Shown here: in pieces, positions 20,601 to 29,760 of the stretch
How the letters are laid out: each line of letters begins with the position of its first letter
Position numbering within the stretch: the first letter of the stretch is position 1
Virus record (IMG/VR): IMGVR_UViG_3300033513_000004
Coordinates: 2,053-66,052 of that record
Source of the DNA: a virus
Taxonomy: Duplodnaviria > Caudoviricetes
DNA length: 64,000 nt
Reading direction: 5' to 3' (one strand)
The notes under the pieces: generated by a model
What the model was told of the DNA's origin: nothing
Seen by the model: the letters and a program-made list of their open reading frames with translations, nothing else
Database searches by the model: none
Position numbers and translations under genes: made by a program

Positions 20601-23600
20601 AGTATCGTGGTGAGGTCATCACCGACCACAAGCACTACGCCTATATCACCAAGGGACTCAAGGGAGACCTACTGAGGGGCAAGGGCAAGCTTGACATCAT
20701 GGTAGGCAAGGAGAAGTTCGGGGCGGATATCCTTGGCAGGCTGGAGAAGGAGAGCACCCTCGACCCCATGTACGCCGGACCTGCCCGGTACATTGAGCGT
20801 CCCGACAGCATAGCTAGACTCCACATTGCTCATGGGGATAGCGATAGAAGTGTGACCATCGTCTACATCACTCCCAATCCCACCGAGAAGCAAGTCTATG
20901 AGAAGCCAGAAGGCAGGGGTAGATTTGTGATGGGCAAGATGGTCAGAGCTAAGTCTCTGGGATTGGTACGAGCCATGCAGATGGTTGACCTGGACTCCCT
21001 TGCCAACCCCGAGTTCTCTGGGGAGTTCTTCCGTGTAGCGGCAGCCATGTACGGGACTCCTGTCGTGACCTTGGCATTCACCCCCAAGAACGATGCCGAT
21101 GTCACTACATATGCAAAGGTCTCCAGGGCTCTCGCAGAAGCAGGGATGATCCAGGATGCTATTGCAATGTCTGCTACCCCAGAGCGGGCTTTCTCTATCT
21201 TCGGAGAGGCTCCCTATAGGGTTACTGAGACTCCTGGACCCGAGGCAGTCATCCCTCTCCAGAAGGAGATTGCTGCTGCCAAGACTGAGGAGAGGGTTAC
21301 TCCAGAAGCACCCCCAGAGAGAGTTGTAACTCCTGTCGAGGAGAAGGCTGCCCCAGAGACTCCTCCAGTGAAGGAAGCTGCCCCCGAAGTCAAACCTGTC
21401 GAGGTTCCTACTGAGATCCCCCCAGCACGTCCTGAGGCTCCCCCTGTTAAGGTGGCTCCTCGTGGTTTGGCGGAGATAGCAAAGGAGCAGGCAGAGCAGG
21501 CTCCTGCTACCCCTACCAAGATGCCCGAGCCTGATGAGGCACTGAGGGCCATCTTCGCTCCTAAGAAAGCAGCAGGCCCCGATCTGGAGGCCATGAAGCG
21601 GGATGCAGCCAGACTTGCTGAGGGGATCTCCATGGAGCAAGAACTCCGTAGAGCCCCCGTCTACTACTCCCGCCTCTCCCGTTCGGTAGACGCCATGCCC
21701 ATTGAGAAGGGATCTGGTGAGCAGATCGCTGCTTGGCTGAACAAGCAGGCTGGGGCTAGGACCAAGGAAGGTAAGTTGGAGGAGATGAAATGGACTGGCT
21801 TGGATGATTTCTTGAAGGACAAGAAGAAGGTCACCAAGCAGGAGGTAAGGGAGTTCTTGGATGAACACCGGGTTGAGGTGAAGGATGTTGAGTATTCAGA
21901 TGTGGACCATGAGGCATATGAGAAGGCCACTAAGTTCGGCAGACCGGAGTTGGTCCTCCCCGGCGGAGAGAACTACAGGGAACTGCTGCTCACCCTACCA
22001 GTAAGGCCCACCCCAGAGGATTCCCCAGCAGCCCAGCGCGTCCATATCGATGAAGTTACGAATTTCGGCGAAACGGCGTTCCAAGTGGCAGAGTATGGCC
22101 CTAGTGGAGACTTCAGAGGCTACGTCTCTGATATCTACCGAACCAGAGAGGCAGCCGATCAGGCCCGCCAGCGATACCTGGCGAAGTATTTCCCCGGACT
22201 CAAGGCACCCTATCCGGCTTTTACCAGAAGCCACTGGAGCGAACCAAACGTCCTCTCCCACGTTCGCTTCAACGAACGCAAGGGGCCGAACGGGGAGCGT
22301 GTACTGTTCATAGAGGAGTCCCAGAGCGATTGGCATCAGAAGGCGAGGGATGTCTATAGGGGGGAGATCAAACGAGTAGCCAAGGAGAGGGGTATCTCCA
22401 AGGAGGAGTCTAGCAAGATTGTTCCTGCTGATTTTGGGTATGGAGAGGGAGTCCCTCCTGCCCCCTTCGCCAAAACTTGGCATGAGTTGGTCACGCGTAG
22501 AATGGTTCGCTACGCTGCTGACAATGGGTTCGACCGGGTTGCTTGGATCAATGGGGAAGAGACTGCCAAGAGATATGATCTGAGCAAGCACTTCTCCGAG
22601 ATTACCTGGAAGGCTGGCCCAGACAAGGGGTCACCAGTTCTGTTGCAGGGCTATGCCAAAGATGGAGGTAGGATACTTAGTGAAAGTGTGGCTCAGGTCT
22701 CCATAGACGAGTATGTTGGCAAGGACTTGTCTGCCAAGATCGAAGCAGAGCTTGCCTCTGGAAGCACCGAGGGCTCCTACTCGGGTCTTGATCTCAAGGT
22801 CGGGGCTGAGTGGGCCGAGGCTCTCTACGATAGAGCTATCCCAAGGTACATGGATGACTTCGGTAAGAAATGGGGAGCAAGGGTTGAATCGGTCAGACTG
22901 GAACCAGGAGAGTTCCAATCCCTTCCCATCACCCCAGCCATGAAGTCCTCAGTCTTGGCTGAGGGAATCCACATGTTCCAAGAGATGCTCAAGGGCAAGG
23001 CTCCCATTGACTCTGTTGAGGTTATTCTCCAGCGGACTATGGATCTCCTGTCCGGTAGGGCTCCAGAGACCAGGGTTCCTATGTTAATCCCCTCTGCCAA
23101 GACCACCAAGGAGTCCGAGAAGTGGTTGAAGGGATTCCCAGCAGGTAAGCCCGTAACCCCGACCAAGCCGACTACTGCCCCGCAAGCTGTTACCCCAAGG
23201 ACTAGGACTGCCGCTCCTGAGATCCCCAAGGTTACGGTCCCAGAGACCCATCTCTCAGAGGCAGAGATGACTGAGTTGAAGCAAGCTCGGGCTAAGTGGT
23301 CCAAGCGTCCAGACATCAGGGATGTCAGACCAAGGGCTGACAAGGAGGAGTACCGTCTCCCCCTGAATGCCGGGGTTCTCCTCTCCCATCTCCCCATGGA
23401 GGAGGTTGTATTCCAGGTAGCCCTGGCGGAGGTGTTGGAGAATCGTAAGAAGGCCAACCCCCAACTCAGAAGACTGGATTATACCCAGGAGGGAATGTCC
23501 CTTCTGCGGACGCACGATCCACAGGTAGCTATCAGAAGGGCAATAGAGCTTGGCTACGCCGAGGAGGGGGCTCCTCTCACTAAGTTGGGGTTCGAGGTAG

Positions 23601-25912
23601 CTCGTCTGGCTTGGAGCATGAAGAGCCAGGCCAGAGAGGCTGCTGAGACTGCCTACACCGAAGCCTTGGCTGCTGGGAGAGACCAACTCGTGGTGGATGA
23701 ACTGAAGTACAACATGGAGTTGGCTACCAACGATGCGGCTGCCTATCAGAGTTACCTGACTGGAGCCAAGAGTCTGGCTGGTAGACTCCTCCGGTTCCAG
23801 CGTGATGTCAGGACTGCCGAGATGACCCTCACCACCTATGGGAAGGTGAGTCAGGCATTGAAGAAGCAGGGTATCCCGGAGGACATCCAGAAGCAGTTGC
23901 TCGATGCCTTCAAGACCAAGCCCGACCAGTTCCCCCAGATGCTTCGCAATGTCTTCAAGCACTATGGGAAGAAGGACCCCTGGTGGAAGTTCCTGCTGTG
24001 GGCCAGAAATGCCGGGCTCGTTACCGGACCCGCTACGCAGGCGGTGAACATCACCAGCAACGCCACCATGAATGCCCTCTCGGTACTGGGGGAGAAGATG
24101 ATCCTCGCCCCGATCATCGAGGCGGCAGCAGCGCCACTGCAAGGCAGGGAAAGGGAGAAGTTCTTCGGTACTGCTGTGGCTATCATGGAGGGGTACAAGT
24201 TCGCCTTCTCCAGGGACAATGGCCTGGCTGCCTTCGATACCTTGGCCAGACAACTCACAGATGTAGTCAAGTTCAGAGAGATGCGGTGGAGCAGGTCTCC
24301 TCTGATCCCCGCTGGGGCCAAGATGGAGGATTACCGTTCTCTGCCTACTCCTGCGTGGGTGCCAGAGTGGATCGTGCAGCTTCTGGCATCCGGGTACAAG
24401 ACCCTCAATGCCTTTGACGACTTCTTCAAGGCCATCTTTGCAGGACCCGAACTCTACGCTAGGCGGTATGAGGCTGCCAGGAAGGCTGGGAGATCTCATG
24501 CCGACTCTCTGGTCCAGATGAGATCGGATGTGGTGGATATCGTCAATGTCTTGAATGGGACTACTACCAATGAGAAGTCTCTGGAATACTTCAAGAATAA
24601 CTATGCGGTAGACTCCAAGGCAGCCGTAGATGCCGCTCTCAGAGGGACATTCCAGAGGAGGTTGGATAGCCAGTTCAGCAAGGGAATCCAGAAGATCGCA
24701 CAGAATAACCCCCTTGGGATGTTGCTCATCCCCTTCTATCGTACCCCCGTCAACATCTTCAAGGAGGGTGCCTACCGACTTCCCCTTGTCAGTGTCCCCT
24801 ATACCATGTTCTCCAAGCGGGTACAGGCCATGAGCCGAGGGGAGCGGGCTGAGGAATACGCCAAGGCTCTCGCGGGGACCATCCTTGGAGCATTGGTAGT
24901 CGCTGGGATGCTGGAGTACGCCGACGATGACGAGGATGAGTCGATCAAGGAGAGAGTCCACATTACTGGTGGTCCTCCCAGCGATCCCAAGTTGAAGGCT
25001 AACTGGGAGAGGATGGGGAAGCAGGCATACTCCGTGTGGTTCCCCAGCATGGGAGCATACGTAGACTACAGTCGTATCGAGCCCATCGCTACGATCTTCG
25101 GGTTCGCTGCGGACTTGGCCAAGATCATGCACGCCAACAAGAAAGGGGACATCAAGGATGCCAAAGCCCTGACCAACATGGTTGCCCACTCGGTAGCCGA
25201 GGTCTTGTTCAACAAGACCTTTGTCTACGGGCTGGCAGGGGCCTTCGGGGCTCTCCAGGATGAGTCTAGGCTCAAGTCCTACCTCTCCAACATGGAGGCA
25301 TCCTTCATCCCCATGTCAGGAGCGGTCAGGGCCATGACCAGGACCATAGATCCTGTCTACCGGGAGTCCGATCCTTGGGACCTGACAGCGATTGCAGCCA
25401 ACCTTCCAGTCGCATCTTGGTCTCGCCCTGAGCAACTCACCGCCACTGGGGAGCCCAGGATGAGAACCACAAGTGGGGCAGCCAACCTGTTCCCCGCTCG
25501 CATCACCAAGGGACGCCCCGCTGCGGAGACTGTAGCTGAGAGGGAGTTTAATCGCTTGCAGTACGTCCCCCCTCGTCCCCGGGCTAAGATGGAGTTCGGG
25601 GGAGAGTTGATCCGGTTTACCACGGAGCAGCGGCAGAAGATCGCCGAGAGACGCCAGCAGACCATCAAGCTGCTGGGGACCCGCGTATTCCCCACGGTCC
25701 AGTACCAGATGCTCCCGGATGACAGCAAGGAGAACGAGCAGTATCAGCGGTTGGTGGCTGCCGGAGTCCCCGAGAGGGACATCCTCACCAAGCGGAAGTT
25801 GATCGGGCAGATCATCGACAAGTACGAGGGACCCCTCATCAAGAATATCCAACGCATAAACAAGGGGCAGAAGGCCCAGGAGTGGAGGGAGCGTTATGGC
25901 CTTGGGACGTAG
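17687..25912 (+). CDS. giant ejected polyvalent protein: kinase-like domain, JAB/MPN domains, IEExQSDWHQ domain, T7 gp16-like helical C-terminus
   Basis: 2741 aa. Kinase-like motifs LGEGAYHAAW / DHNLGN / DLG. JAB motif E...HNHTGGDPIASTTD. LPGGENYRELLL...IEESQSDWHQ. C-terminal FYRTPVNIFKEG and DYSRIEP. Confidence 0.8.
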   Translation: MSFQDIVGKGLDYYNAILGRITASREAAKSQFPTLYKYLGWLDPYEQAKFGFDIQNAPLQGWGALSEAARTALTPEIPTSWKLSPEGQKAYLKHRLARERGELDVKPGLAGVPDLAKQVVSDIAGQSGILRQAETKSGEEVAMEGLEALARSALPGEVDRYSPNLDPMSPEVKRIWGKSNVNAAVAETVGRGLASFGLQIPFEPEVLGYEVGKAALRTTRRMAGEVSKLARYKRIAAGMATDEATRLKLLNEAREIERPVMEAAKSTASKFLGARAADISLGVAALPGMLEQSAIGAKAAAEAYRRSGKFWDPDVIGPLVQATLSTGMTIGIGKDLHGVYTETKADIAAKRDKGTDLKTLPETTPPTGTPKLKLADQIREQRRQAAEIPPVTMEQQIGFTEDDRLKGARALIQEQVRSGRPTPVQYILKRVNWLKSSAKQNLDAVQFIRNQPLADKQRTDAAGYLEQARVLEGKLQGLMTLAAAGKDIRLDSTLTQLEAAGFSAGRQHVEDVLTTHGINLPKEGARPLGEGAYHAAWDLGKATKGAWRGQDLVLRVGRKEGPIVQGKPWMIPVVSTVTIPATPGYVRLDDTSAPPAVVLTGMTEDPGISQVEVYDVLPKLMSPKEAGKTPQQYLEDRDSLVMEIADDPDFRTWLEDAITRGLRPVRDADIPALTTVAYSRTEEVGIVDHNLGNSMYYSDPGGLILYDPKNNRIIARADTESELRDKQLSLGEEGRKLEIQRREPRTVLVISDLGGVVPPGGSVMRQELRAPGFVEMGAPAMEPGEGAPIPPITLAEAAKRGEAILARKQGKKPPTAPLERVFREMEAVAAKGIEQGVRTPVSPRTGKEIAQGAINTFKKRGFLSLVDQEIDTKDPIASIAFLTRFLRRPYEVSMILGFRGDGKVVVHKAVTSAKSTKSSRRSPEWAEALTQAANSKDIDFFYTIHNHTGGDPIASTTDSKAVKAQFRALGEKYRGEVITDHKHYAYITKGLKGDLLRGKGKLDIMVGKEKFGADILGRLEKESTLDPMYAGPARYIERPDSIARLHIAHGDSDRSVTIVYITPNPTEKQVYEKPEGRGRFVMGKMVRAKSLGLVRAMQMVDLDSLANPEFSGEFFRVAAAMYGTPVVTLAFTPKNDADVTTYAKVSRALAEAGMIQDAIAMSATPERAFSIFGEAPYRVTETPGPEAVIPLQKEIAAAKTEERVTPEAPPERVVTPVEEKAAPETPPVKEAAPEVKPVEVPTEIPPARPEAPPVKVAPRGLAEIAKEQAEQAPATPTKMPEPDEALRAIFAPKKAAGPDLEAMKRDAARLAEGISMEQELRRAPVYYSRLSRSVDAMPIEKGSGEQIAAWLNKQAGARTKEGKLEEMKWTGLDDFLKDKKKVTKQEVREFLDEHRVEVKDVEYSDVDHEAYEKATKFGRPELVLPGGENYRELLLTLPVRPTPEDSPAAQRVHIDEVTNFGETAFQVAEYGPSGDFRGYVSDIYRTREAADQARQRYLAKYFPGLKAPYPAFTRSHWSEPNVLSHVRFNERKGPNGERVLFIEESQSDWHQKARDVYRGEIKRVAKERGISKEESSKIVPADFGYGEGVPPAPFAKTWHELVTRRMVRYAADNGFDRVAWINGEETAKRYDLSKHFSEITWKAGPDKGSPVLLQGYAKDGGRILSESVAQVSIDEYVGKDLSAKIEAELASGSTEGSYSGLDLKVGAEWAEALYDRAIPRYMDDFGKKWGARVESVRLEPGEFQSLPITPAMKSSVLAEGIHMFQEMLKGKAPIDSVEVILQRTMDLLSGRAPETRVPMLIPSAKTTKESEKWLKGFPAGKPVTPTKPTTAPQAVTPRTRTAAPEIPKVTVPETHLSEAEMTELKQARAKWSKRPDIRDVRPRADKEEYRLPLNAGVLLSHLPMEEVVFQVALAEVLENRKKANPQLRRLDYTQEGMSLLRTHDPQVAIRRAIELGYAEEGAPLTKLGFEVARLAWSMKSQAREAAETAYTEALAAGRDQLVVDELKYNMELATNDAAAYQSYLTGAKSLAGRLLRFQRDVRTAEMTLTTYGKVSQALKKQGIPEDIQKQLLDAFKTKPDQFPQMLRNVFKHYGKKDPWWKFLLWARNAGLVTGPATQAVNITSNATMNALSVLGEKMILAPIIEAAAAPLQGREREKFFGTAVAIMEGYKFAFSRDNGLAAFDTLARQLTDVVKFREMRWSRSPLIPAGAKMEDYRSLPTPAWVPEWIVQLLASGYKTLNAFDDFFKAIFAGPELYARRYEAARKAGRSHADSLVQMRSDVVDIVNVLNGTTTNEKSLEYFKNNYAVDSKAAVDAALRGTFQRRLDSQFSKGIQKIAQNNPLGMLLIPFYRTPVNIFKEGAYRLPLVSVPYTMFSKRVQAMSRGERAEEYAKALAGTILGALVVAGMLEYADDDEDESIKERVHITGGPPSDPKLKANWERMGKQAYSVWFPSMGAYVDYSRIEPIATIFGFAADLAKIMHANKKGDIKDAKALTNMVAHSVAEVLFNKTFVYGLAGAFGALQDESRLKSYLSNMEASFIPMSGAVRAMTRTIDPVYRESDPWDLTAIAANLPVASWSRPEQLTATGEPRMRTTSGAANLFPARITKGRPAAETVAEREFNRLQYVPPRPRAKMEFGGELIRFTTEQRQKIAERRQQTIKLLGTRVFPTVQYQMLPDDSKENEQYQRLVAAGVPERDILTKRKLIGQIIDKYEGPLIKNIQRINKGQKAQEWRERYGLGT

Positions 25913-26159
25913 GAGACCCCCTCCAGTACCCCCCATCAAGCAGATCCTGGGGAGATCCAAGGACCCCGATCTGCGTCGGGCTGGGGCCAAGTTGGAGGAG
26001 TTCCTCAAGTATTCCGGTAGGGCACAATATCTGGGGTTGCCCCCGGACCACACCCACTCCAGTAGTGGTAGTGGTGGTACAATCCCTGTGACGGCGTATG
26101 AGCAGGCAGAGTTGATCGGGTGGATGGCTTGGATGAAGGCGGATGAGGCAGGACTATGA
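25896..26159 (+). CDS. small tail-associated protein (inferred)
   Basis: 87 aa with a DHTH motif, in the late operon. Confidence 0.4.
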   Translation: MALGRRRPPPVPPIKQILGRSKDPDLRRAGAKLEEFLKYSGRAQYLGLPPDHTHSSSGSGGTIPVTAYEQAELIGWMAWMKADEAGL

Positions 26160-26461
26160 CCTTGACCCTTAAGTCCTTCACTGGTGGGCAGTTACCAGGT
26201 TCCAAGGGGACCCTCTACACGGTGCCCGCTGGGTCCACGGTCTCCCTTCGAGTCTCCCTAGTCAACACCTCCACTTCCGATGTCAAGGTGAACCTCTACG
26301 CCAGTGGAGGTTATCGGTTCATCCCCAAGGACATGGTCCTCTCCGCAGGGGATGCCCACTATACCGACTCCTACGAGATGGAGGATGGAGACAACCTGGA
26401 GGGGGATGCCACCATGTCAGGAGTGGTAGACTACCTCGTCAGGGGGTTGGTTAGGACATGA
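26156..26461 (+). CDS. small beta-sandwich structural protein (inferred)
   Basis: 101 aa, LYTVPAG...V.L.N pattern, ATGA overlaps on both sides. Confidence 0.5.
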   Translation: MTLTLKSFTGGQLPGSKGTLYTVPAGSTVSLRVSLVNTSTSDVKVNLYASGGYRFIPKDMVLSAGDAHYTDSYEMEDGDNLEGDATMSGVVDYLVRGLVRT

Positions 26462-26637
26462 GCAAGACGGTCAACAAGGATGGGGAGATCAAGGTAACCA
26501 AGACAGACGTGTCGGAACTTGAGACCACGACTCGTAGTACCGAGGAACTCCTCGAACTTCTCCTCCAGGAGGCGTACAAGATCAATCTCCAACTGTCGGA
26601 GATTACGGGAGAAGTGTTCGATGATGAAGACGTATAA
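26458..26637 (+). CDS. small acidic hypothetical protein (not in ORF track)
   Basis: 59 aa, MSKTVNKDGEIK...EITGEVFDDEDV*, ATGA overlap. Confidence 0.55.
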   Translation: MSKTVNKDGEIKVTKTDVSELETTTRSTEELLELLLQEAYKINLQLSEITGEVFDDEDV

Positions 26638-26652
26638 CAGGAGGTTCATGCC

Positions 26653-27288
26653 ATGAGAATTACTGGTGTAGTGGGGGCTCCAAGCAAGGCCCTCGGGACG
26701 GGGACCGAGGAGAACCTCCGACTTGTCCCTGTTGGTGGGTTGGCGATATCGACCGTATCGAGCAAGTATTCAGAGTCGGTCCGGCTGGGCAGGGTCTGGA
26801 GCGCGCAGACCGCCGTCACGGGGGTTGCTCCTGGGACCGCCATCGGGACCACCGCAGCATTTACGCTCTACAACCCGAAGAACAGTGGAGTCCATCTTGC
26901 GATTCTGCGTACAACTATGGGATACGTCAGCGGGACCCTCGGGGCTGGGACCATCTTCTACGTAGCAAACGTCGATTCTGCGGCTGCGGCGGTCACCGGG
27001 ACTGCTATTGTCCCCGTGAACCGCCTCCTCGGGAATGGTGCGTCGGCTACCGGCAAGGCATTCACGACCGCAACCCTTCCCGCCACTCCAACAATTGTCG
27101 GTACACTATGGTCTTTGCAGGCATCGCTGGCCACGACTGCGGTAGCTCCATGGATGGCCGCTCACGATGTTGAGGGGGCTATCCTCATCTCGGCAGGGTG
27201 TGCCCTCTCCCTTGAGGCAGTTGCCGCAGCGGGGACTACTCCATTGGTCGTCTATGGGATGGTCTGGGAAGAGGTCCCAGCCGAATAG
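26653..27288 (+). CDS. structural protein (A/T/G-rich beta domain)
   Basis: 211 aa, ggagg RBS, fibre/tip-like composition. Confidence 0.5.
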   Translation: MRITGVVGAPSKALGTGTEENLRLVPVGGLAISTVSSKYSESVRLGRVWSAQTAVTGVAPGTAIGTTAAFTLYNPKNSGVHLAILRTTMGYVSGTLGAGTIFYVANVDSAAAAVTGTAIVPVNRLLGNGASATGKAFTTATLPATPTIVGTLWSLQASLATTAVAPWMAAHDVEGAILISAGCALSLEAVAAAGTTPLVVYGMVWEEVPAE

Positions 27289-27340
27289 CCCAGTCCATGT
27301 CTTCCACAGAGACTGAGTCTACTCAGTACAAGGAGGATTA

Positions 27341-28150
27341 ATGCCACAAGCAGTGGCTGTTCGTCTACCTTACGCATCCAAGGTATCTCTGGTTCCAGCC
27401 GGTTGTTTCCATTGGCCCCACACCGACGAGGAGATCCTGGCAGCGTGGATCTCCCGAGTGAAGGAGCCAAACACCTATACCTTCCTGCTGGGGGATACCT
27501 TTGACTTTGCACGAGGCAAGCTTCGTAAGCACATCCATGCGTACGCAGGAGACACCAACTCCCTACAGTCCATTGATGAGATGGTCAAGTCCGATATCGG
27601 GAGGTTGGCAGTCCGCTTGGAGCCCATCAAGGATCGCATCTTGGGGGTCGTGGAGGGCAACCACAAGTGGCTGTTCCAGGATGGCATCACCAGCGAGCAG
27701 TACCTGTGCCAACGGTTGAAGTTGCCTTACCTTGGGGACATGGGAATACTCAGACTGGGATTCGCGGATGGCCCCAAGTCTGGGGTACGCTGCGTCATAG
27801 TCTATCTCCATCACAGTGGAGGTACTAGTGGTGGCAGGACTCATGGAGGGGACTTGAACGCCCTCGTCAGGCAACAGGATGTCCTGGACGCAGATGTCTA
27901 TATCCTGGCCCACACCCATGATACCTACGCCAAGGTTGTCCCACGGTGGAGAGTTACCAAGGTCGGAGAACCCAAGGTGCTGGAGAGAGATAGGGCCTTC
28001 ATCCGTGCGGGGTGTTTCGCCAAGGAACTACCCTACGCCATAGAGAAGGCATACCCCCCTCGCAAACATGGATGGGTGGACACCGAGATTCACTTTCATA
28101 GAGATAGTAGGGGGGATACTAGGGATCTCAGACTCTCTGTGAGGTTCTGA
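27341..28150 (+). CDS. calcineurin-like metallophosphoesterase
   Basis: Motifs GCFH (normally GDxH), LGDTFD, EGNH, LHH and AHTH in the correct order. Confidence 0.75.
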   Translation: MPQAVAVRLPYASKVSLVPAGCFHWPHTDEEILAAWISRVKEPNTYTFLLGDTFDFARGKLRKHIHAYAGDTNSLQSIDEMVKSDIGRLAVRLEPIKDRILGVVEGNHKWLFQDGITSEQYLCQRLKLPYLGDMGILRLGFADGPKSGVRCVIVYLHHSGGTSGGRTHGGDLNALVRQQDVLDADVYILAHTHDTYAKVVPRWRVTKVGEPKVLERDRAFIRAGCFAKELPYAIEKAYPPRKHGWVDTEIHFHRDSRGDTRDLRLSVRF

Positions 28151-28497
28151 TGAAGAGATTACCTCCACTCCCCAATAAGATCACCTTCCGATTCAGCAGG
28201 AGGGTGTATAGTACCAACATTCTAGTAGTTCCAAGGAATGAAGTCTATGCAGCCGTGGGAGGATTGCCAACTCCCTGTGACCACTGTGGGAAGCTTCAAG
28301 CTCCAGACCCTGATGCAGTTGGGAAAGGAAGGGAACTTGGAGGTTGTTTCACCATGATTGATGGGCAACAGACCATTTTGATCTCTGCTAGTCTTAGTCA
28401 CGCTGCCCAGTGGGATATCATGGAGCACGAGTTGGATCATGCTTGGAACGATGCCAAGCTAGATTTCAGGTACGACTCTGGGATGGGGAGGATCTAA
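28150..28497 (+). CDS. small HExxH zinc metallopeptidase-like protein
   Basis: IMEHELDHAW motif preceded by ILISASLS. Also a CDHC motif. Confidence 0.55.
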   Translation: MKRLPPLPNKITFRFSRRVYSTNILVVPRNEVYAAVGGLPTPCDHCGKLQAPDPDAVGKGRELGGCFTMIDGQQTILISASLSHAAQWDIMEHELDHAWNDAKLDFRYDSGMGRI

Positions 28498-28860
28498 TTC
28501 CTCCCTACATTCCTCATCCAGCCACATCTCCGCTAACTCCAGGAACATCCACTTGGGGACATCCACCGTTCCTGCCTCTCCCAACCCATGGGTGTAGCGG
28601 ATGTAGGAGATGAGTTCAGCCAGATCCATCAGGCCCAGTCCGACGGTAGGGACGATGTACATCTGGCTCTTTGCATCATCCTCTGGTAGTAATCGGTGGA
28701 TCTTAGTCTAACTGTCCTTGGGGAGTGAGGGAATAACTCATCGTGGTTGTACTGCCAAGATAGGCCCACCATGAGTCTCATGGCCTCGCTGGCCATGTAG
28801 GGAGAGTTGCCTGTATAGGTATCTACAAGCAGGTGTCCCCTACCCTCATCATCCTCCTCG

Positions 28861-29064
28861 TCATCCATGAAGGGCTTCCTTGACCTTCTCGATGACCTCT
28901 TCAGTGCTCCACCAACCAGCGGAGTGGAGGAGGGCTAGGAGGATCTCATCGTCCAGCAGTGAGCAAAGGTTTGGTACAAAGGACGCCTCATGCTGGTGGG
29001 AACTGGCTGCCAATGAGACAATTGCATCCCTTACTCGGTCTAGCTTGACTGGGTTGTAGCTCAT
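28861..29064 (-). CDS. hypothetical protein
   Basis: 67 aa, gagga RBS. Confidence 0.45.
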   Translation of the reverse strand: MSYNPVKLDRVRDAIVSLAASSHQHEASFVPNLCSLLDDEILLALLHSAGWWSTEEVIEKVKEALHG

Positions 29065-29089
29065 CTAGCATATCCTCAATTTAACGACG

Positions 29090-29287
29090 TTATTCCAACA
29101 GCCGCAGCGCTGGGATCGCAAAGATAGCCCACGCAAGCACAATGGCCACCAATCCTACGGGAACGGGCATGTGCATGTCATTCATGGTATATCCAGCCTC
29201 AAGGCCCGCTACCAACGACATAGCAGCAAGGAACAACGCCAGTACCAGCTTCGCCATCTCTTTCATGTCCCCTCCATCCCAACTCAT
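29090..29287 (-). CDS. small two-TM membrane protein
   Basis: Two hydrophobic helices. Confidence 0.5.
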   Translation of the reverse strand: MSWDGGDMKEMAKLVLALFLAAMSLVAGLEAGYTMNDMHMPVPVGLVAIVLAWAIFAIPALRLLE

Positions 29288-29288
29288 T

Positions 29289-29363
29289 TGGTTCCCCCTA
29301 CAGGACTCGAACCTGTCCCCCAGCTTTATAAGAACTGGATGCTAGCCCCTACACTTAGGGGGC
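29289..29363 (-). tRNA. tRNA-Ile (anticodon UAU)
   Basis: Cloverleaf with CCCCCT/AGGGGG acceptor (G1:A72 mismatch), anticodon stem CAGTT/AGCTG with loop CT-TAT-AA, T arm ACAGG-TTCGAGT-CCTGT, and encoded CCA. Confidence 0.8.
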
Positions 29364-29365
29364 AT

Positions 29366-29722
29366 CTAGTAGTTCCTCGGCTGCATAGATCCCCTAACCC
29401 ATATCTTGAGTCTAGCAGCGGTATCGAATACCGGGATTCCCAGATCCCCAGCCCTGGCGATCTCTGCCCTAGCTCCGGGGGAGGATTGCCAAGTTGGGAC
29501 AGTCAGCACAGCGTCGCATCTGCGTAGGATCTCCAAGTATCCATTCAGCCATTCCTCGCTTCTGAGTACCCCATGGAAGTGCCTGGTATTGGTGTGTGGG
29601 CAGATTGCTGCTGCTCCCATCTCCCATACCTGGAGGGACAGTTCCTCAGCCTTGCGGATGTTCTTTTCCACTTCCCACGCATTACCCCCATTGAAGGGGC
29701 CTGCGATGTAGATTACTTTCAT
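29366..29722 (-). CDS. DUF4406 / nucleoside 2-deoxyribosyltransferase-like protein
   Basis: MKVIYIAGPF...CPH...RCDAVL...WQSSPGARAEI. Start placed at MKVIY rather than the longer track ORF. Confidence 0.7.
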   Translation of the reverse strand: MKVIYIAGPFNGGNAWEVEKNIRKAEELSLQVWEMGAAAICPHTNTRHFHGVLRSEEWLNGYLEILRRCDAVLTVPTWQSSPGARAEIARAGDLGIPVFDTAARLKIWVRGSMQPRNY

Positions 29723-29760
29723 CCCCCATACCTCCAAGGGTCTCTCATCTGTCTGCGTTC

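Noticed and set aside
20669-25189. Long antisense ORFs (399 and 644 aa) within the giant gene
   Set aside because: Mirror-frame artefacts with L/G/P-rich nonsense composition.
28459-28868. Possible frameshifted or readthrough gene across two overlapping small ORFs
   Set aside because: Multiple stops in the alternative frames and no recognisable family to anchor a fused product.
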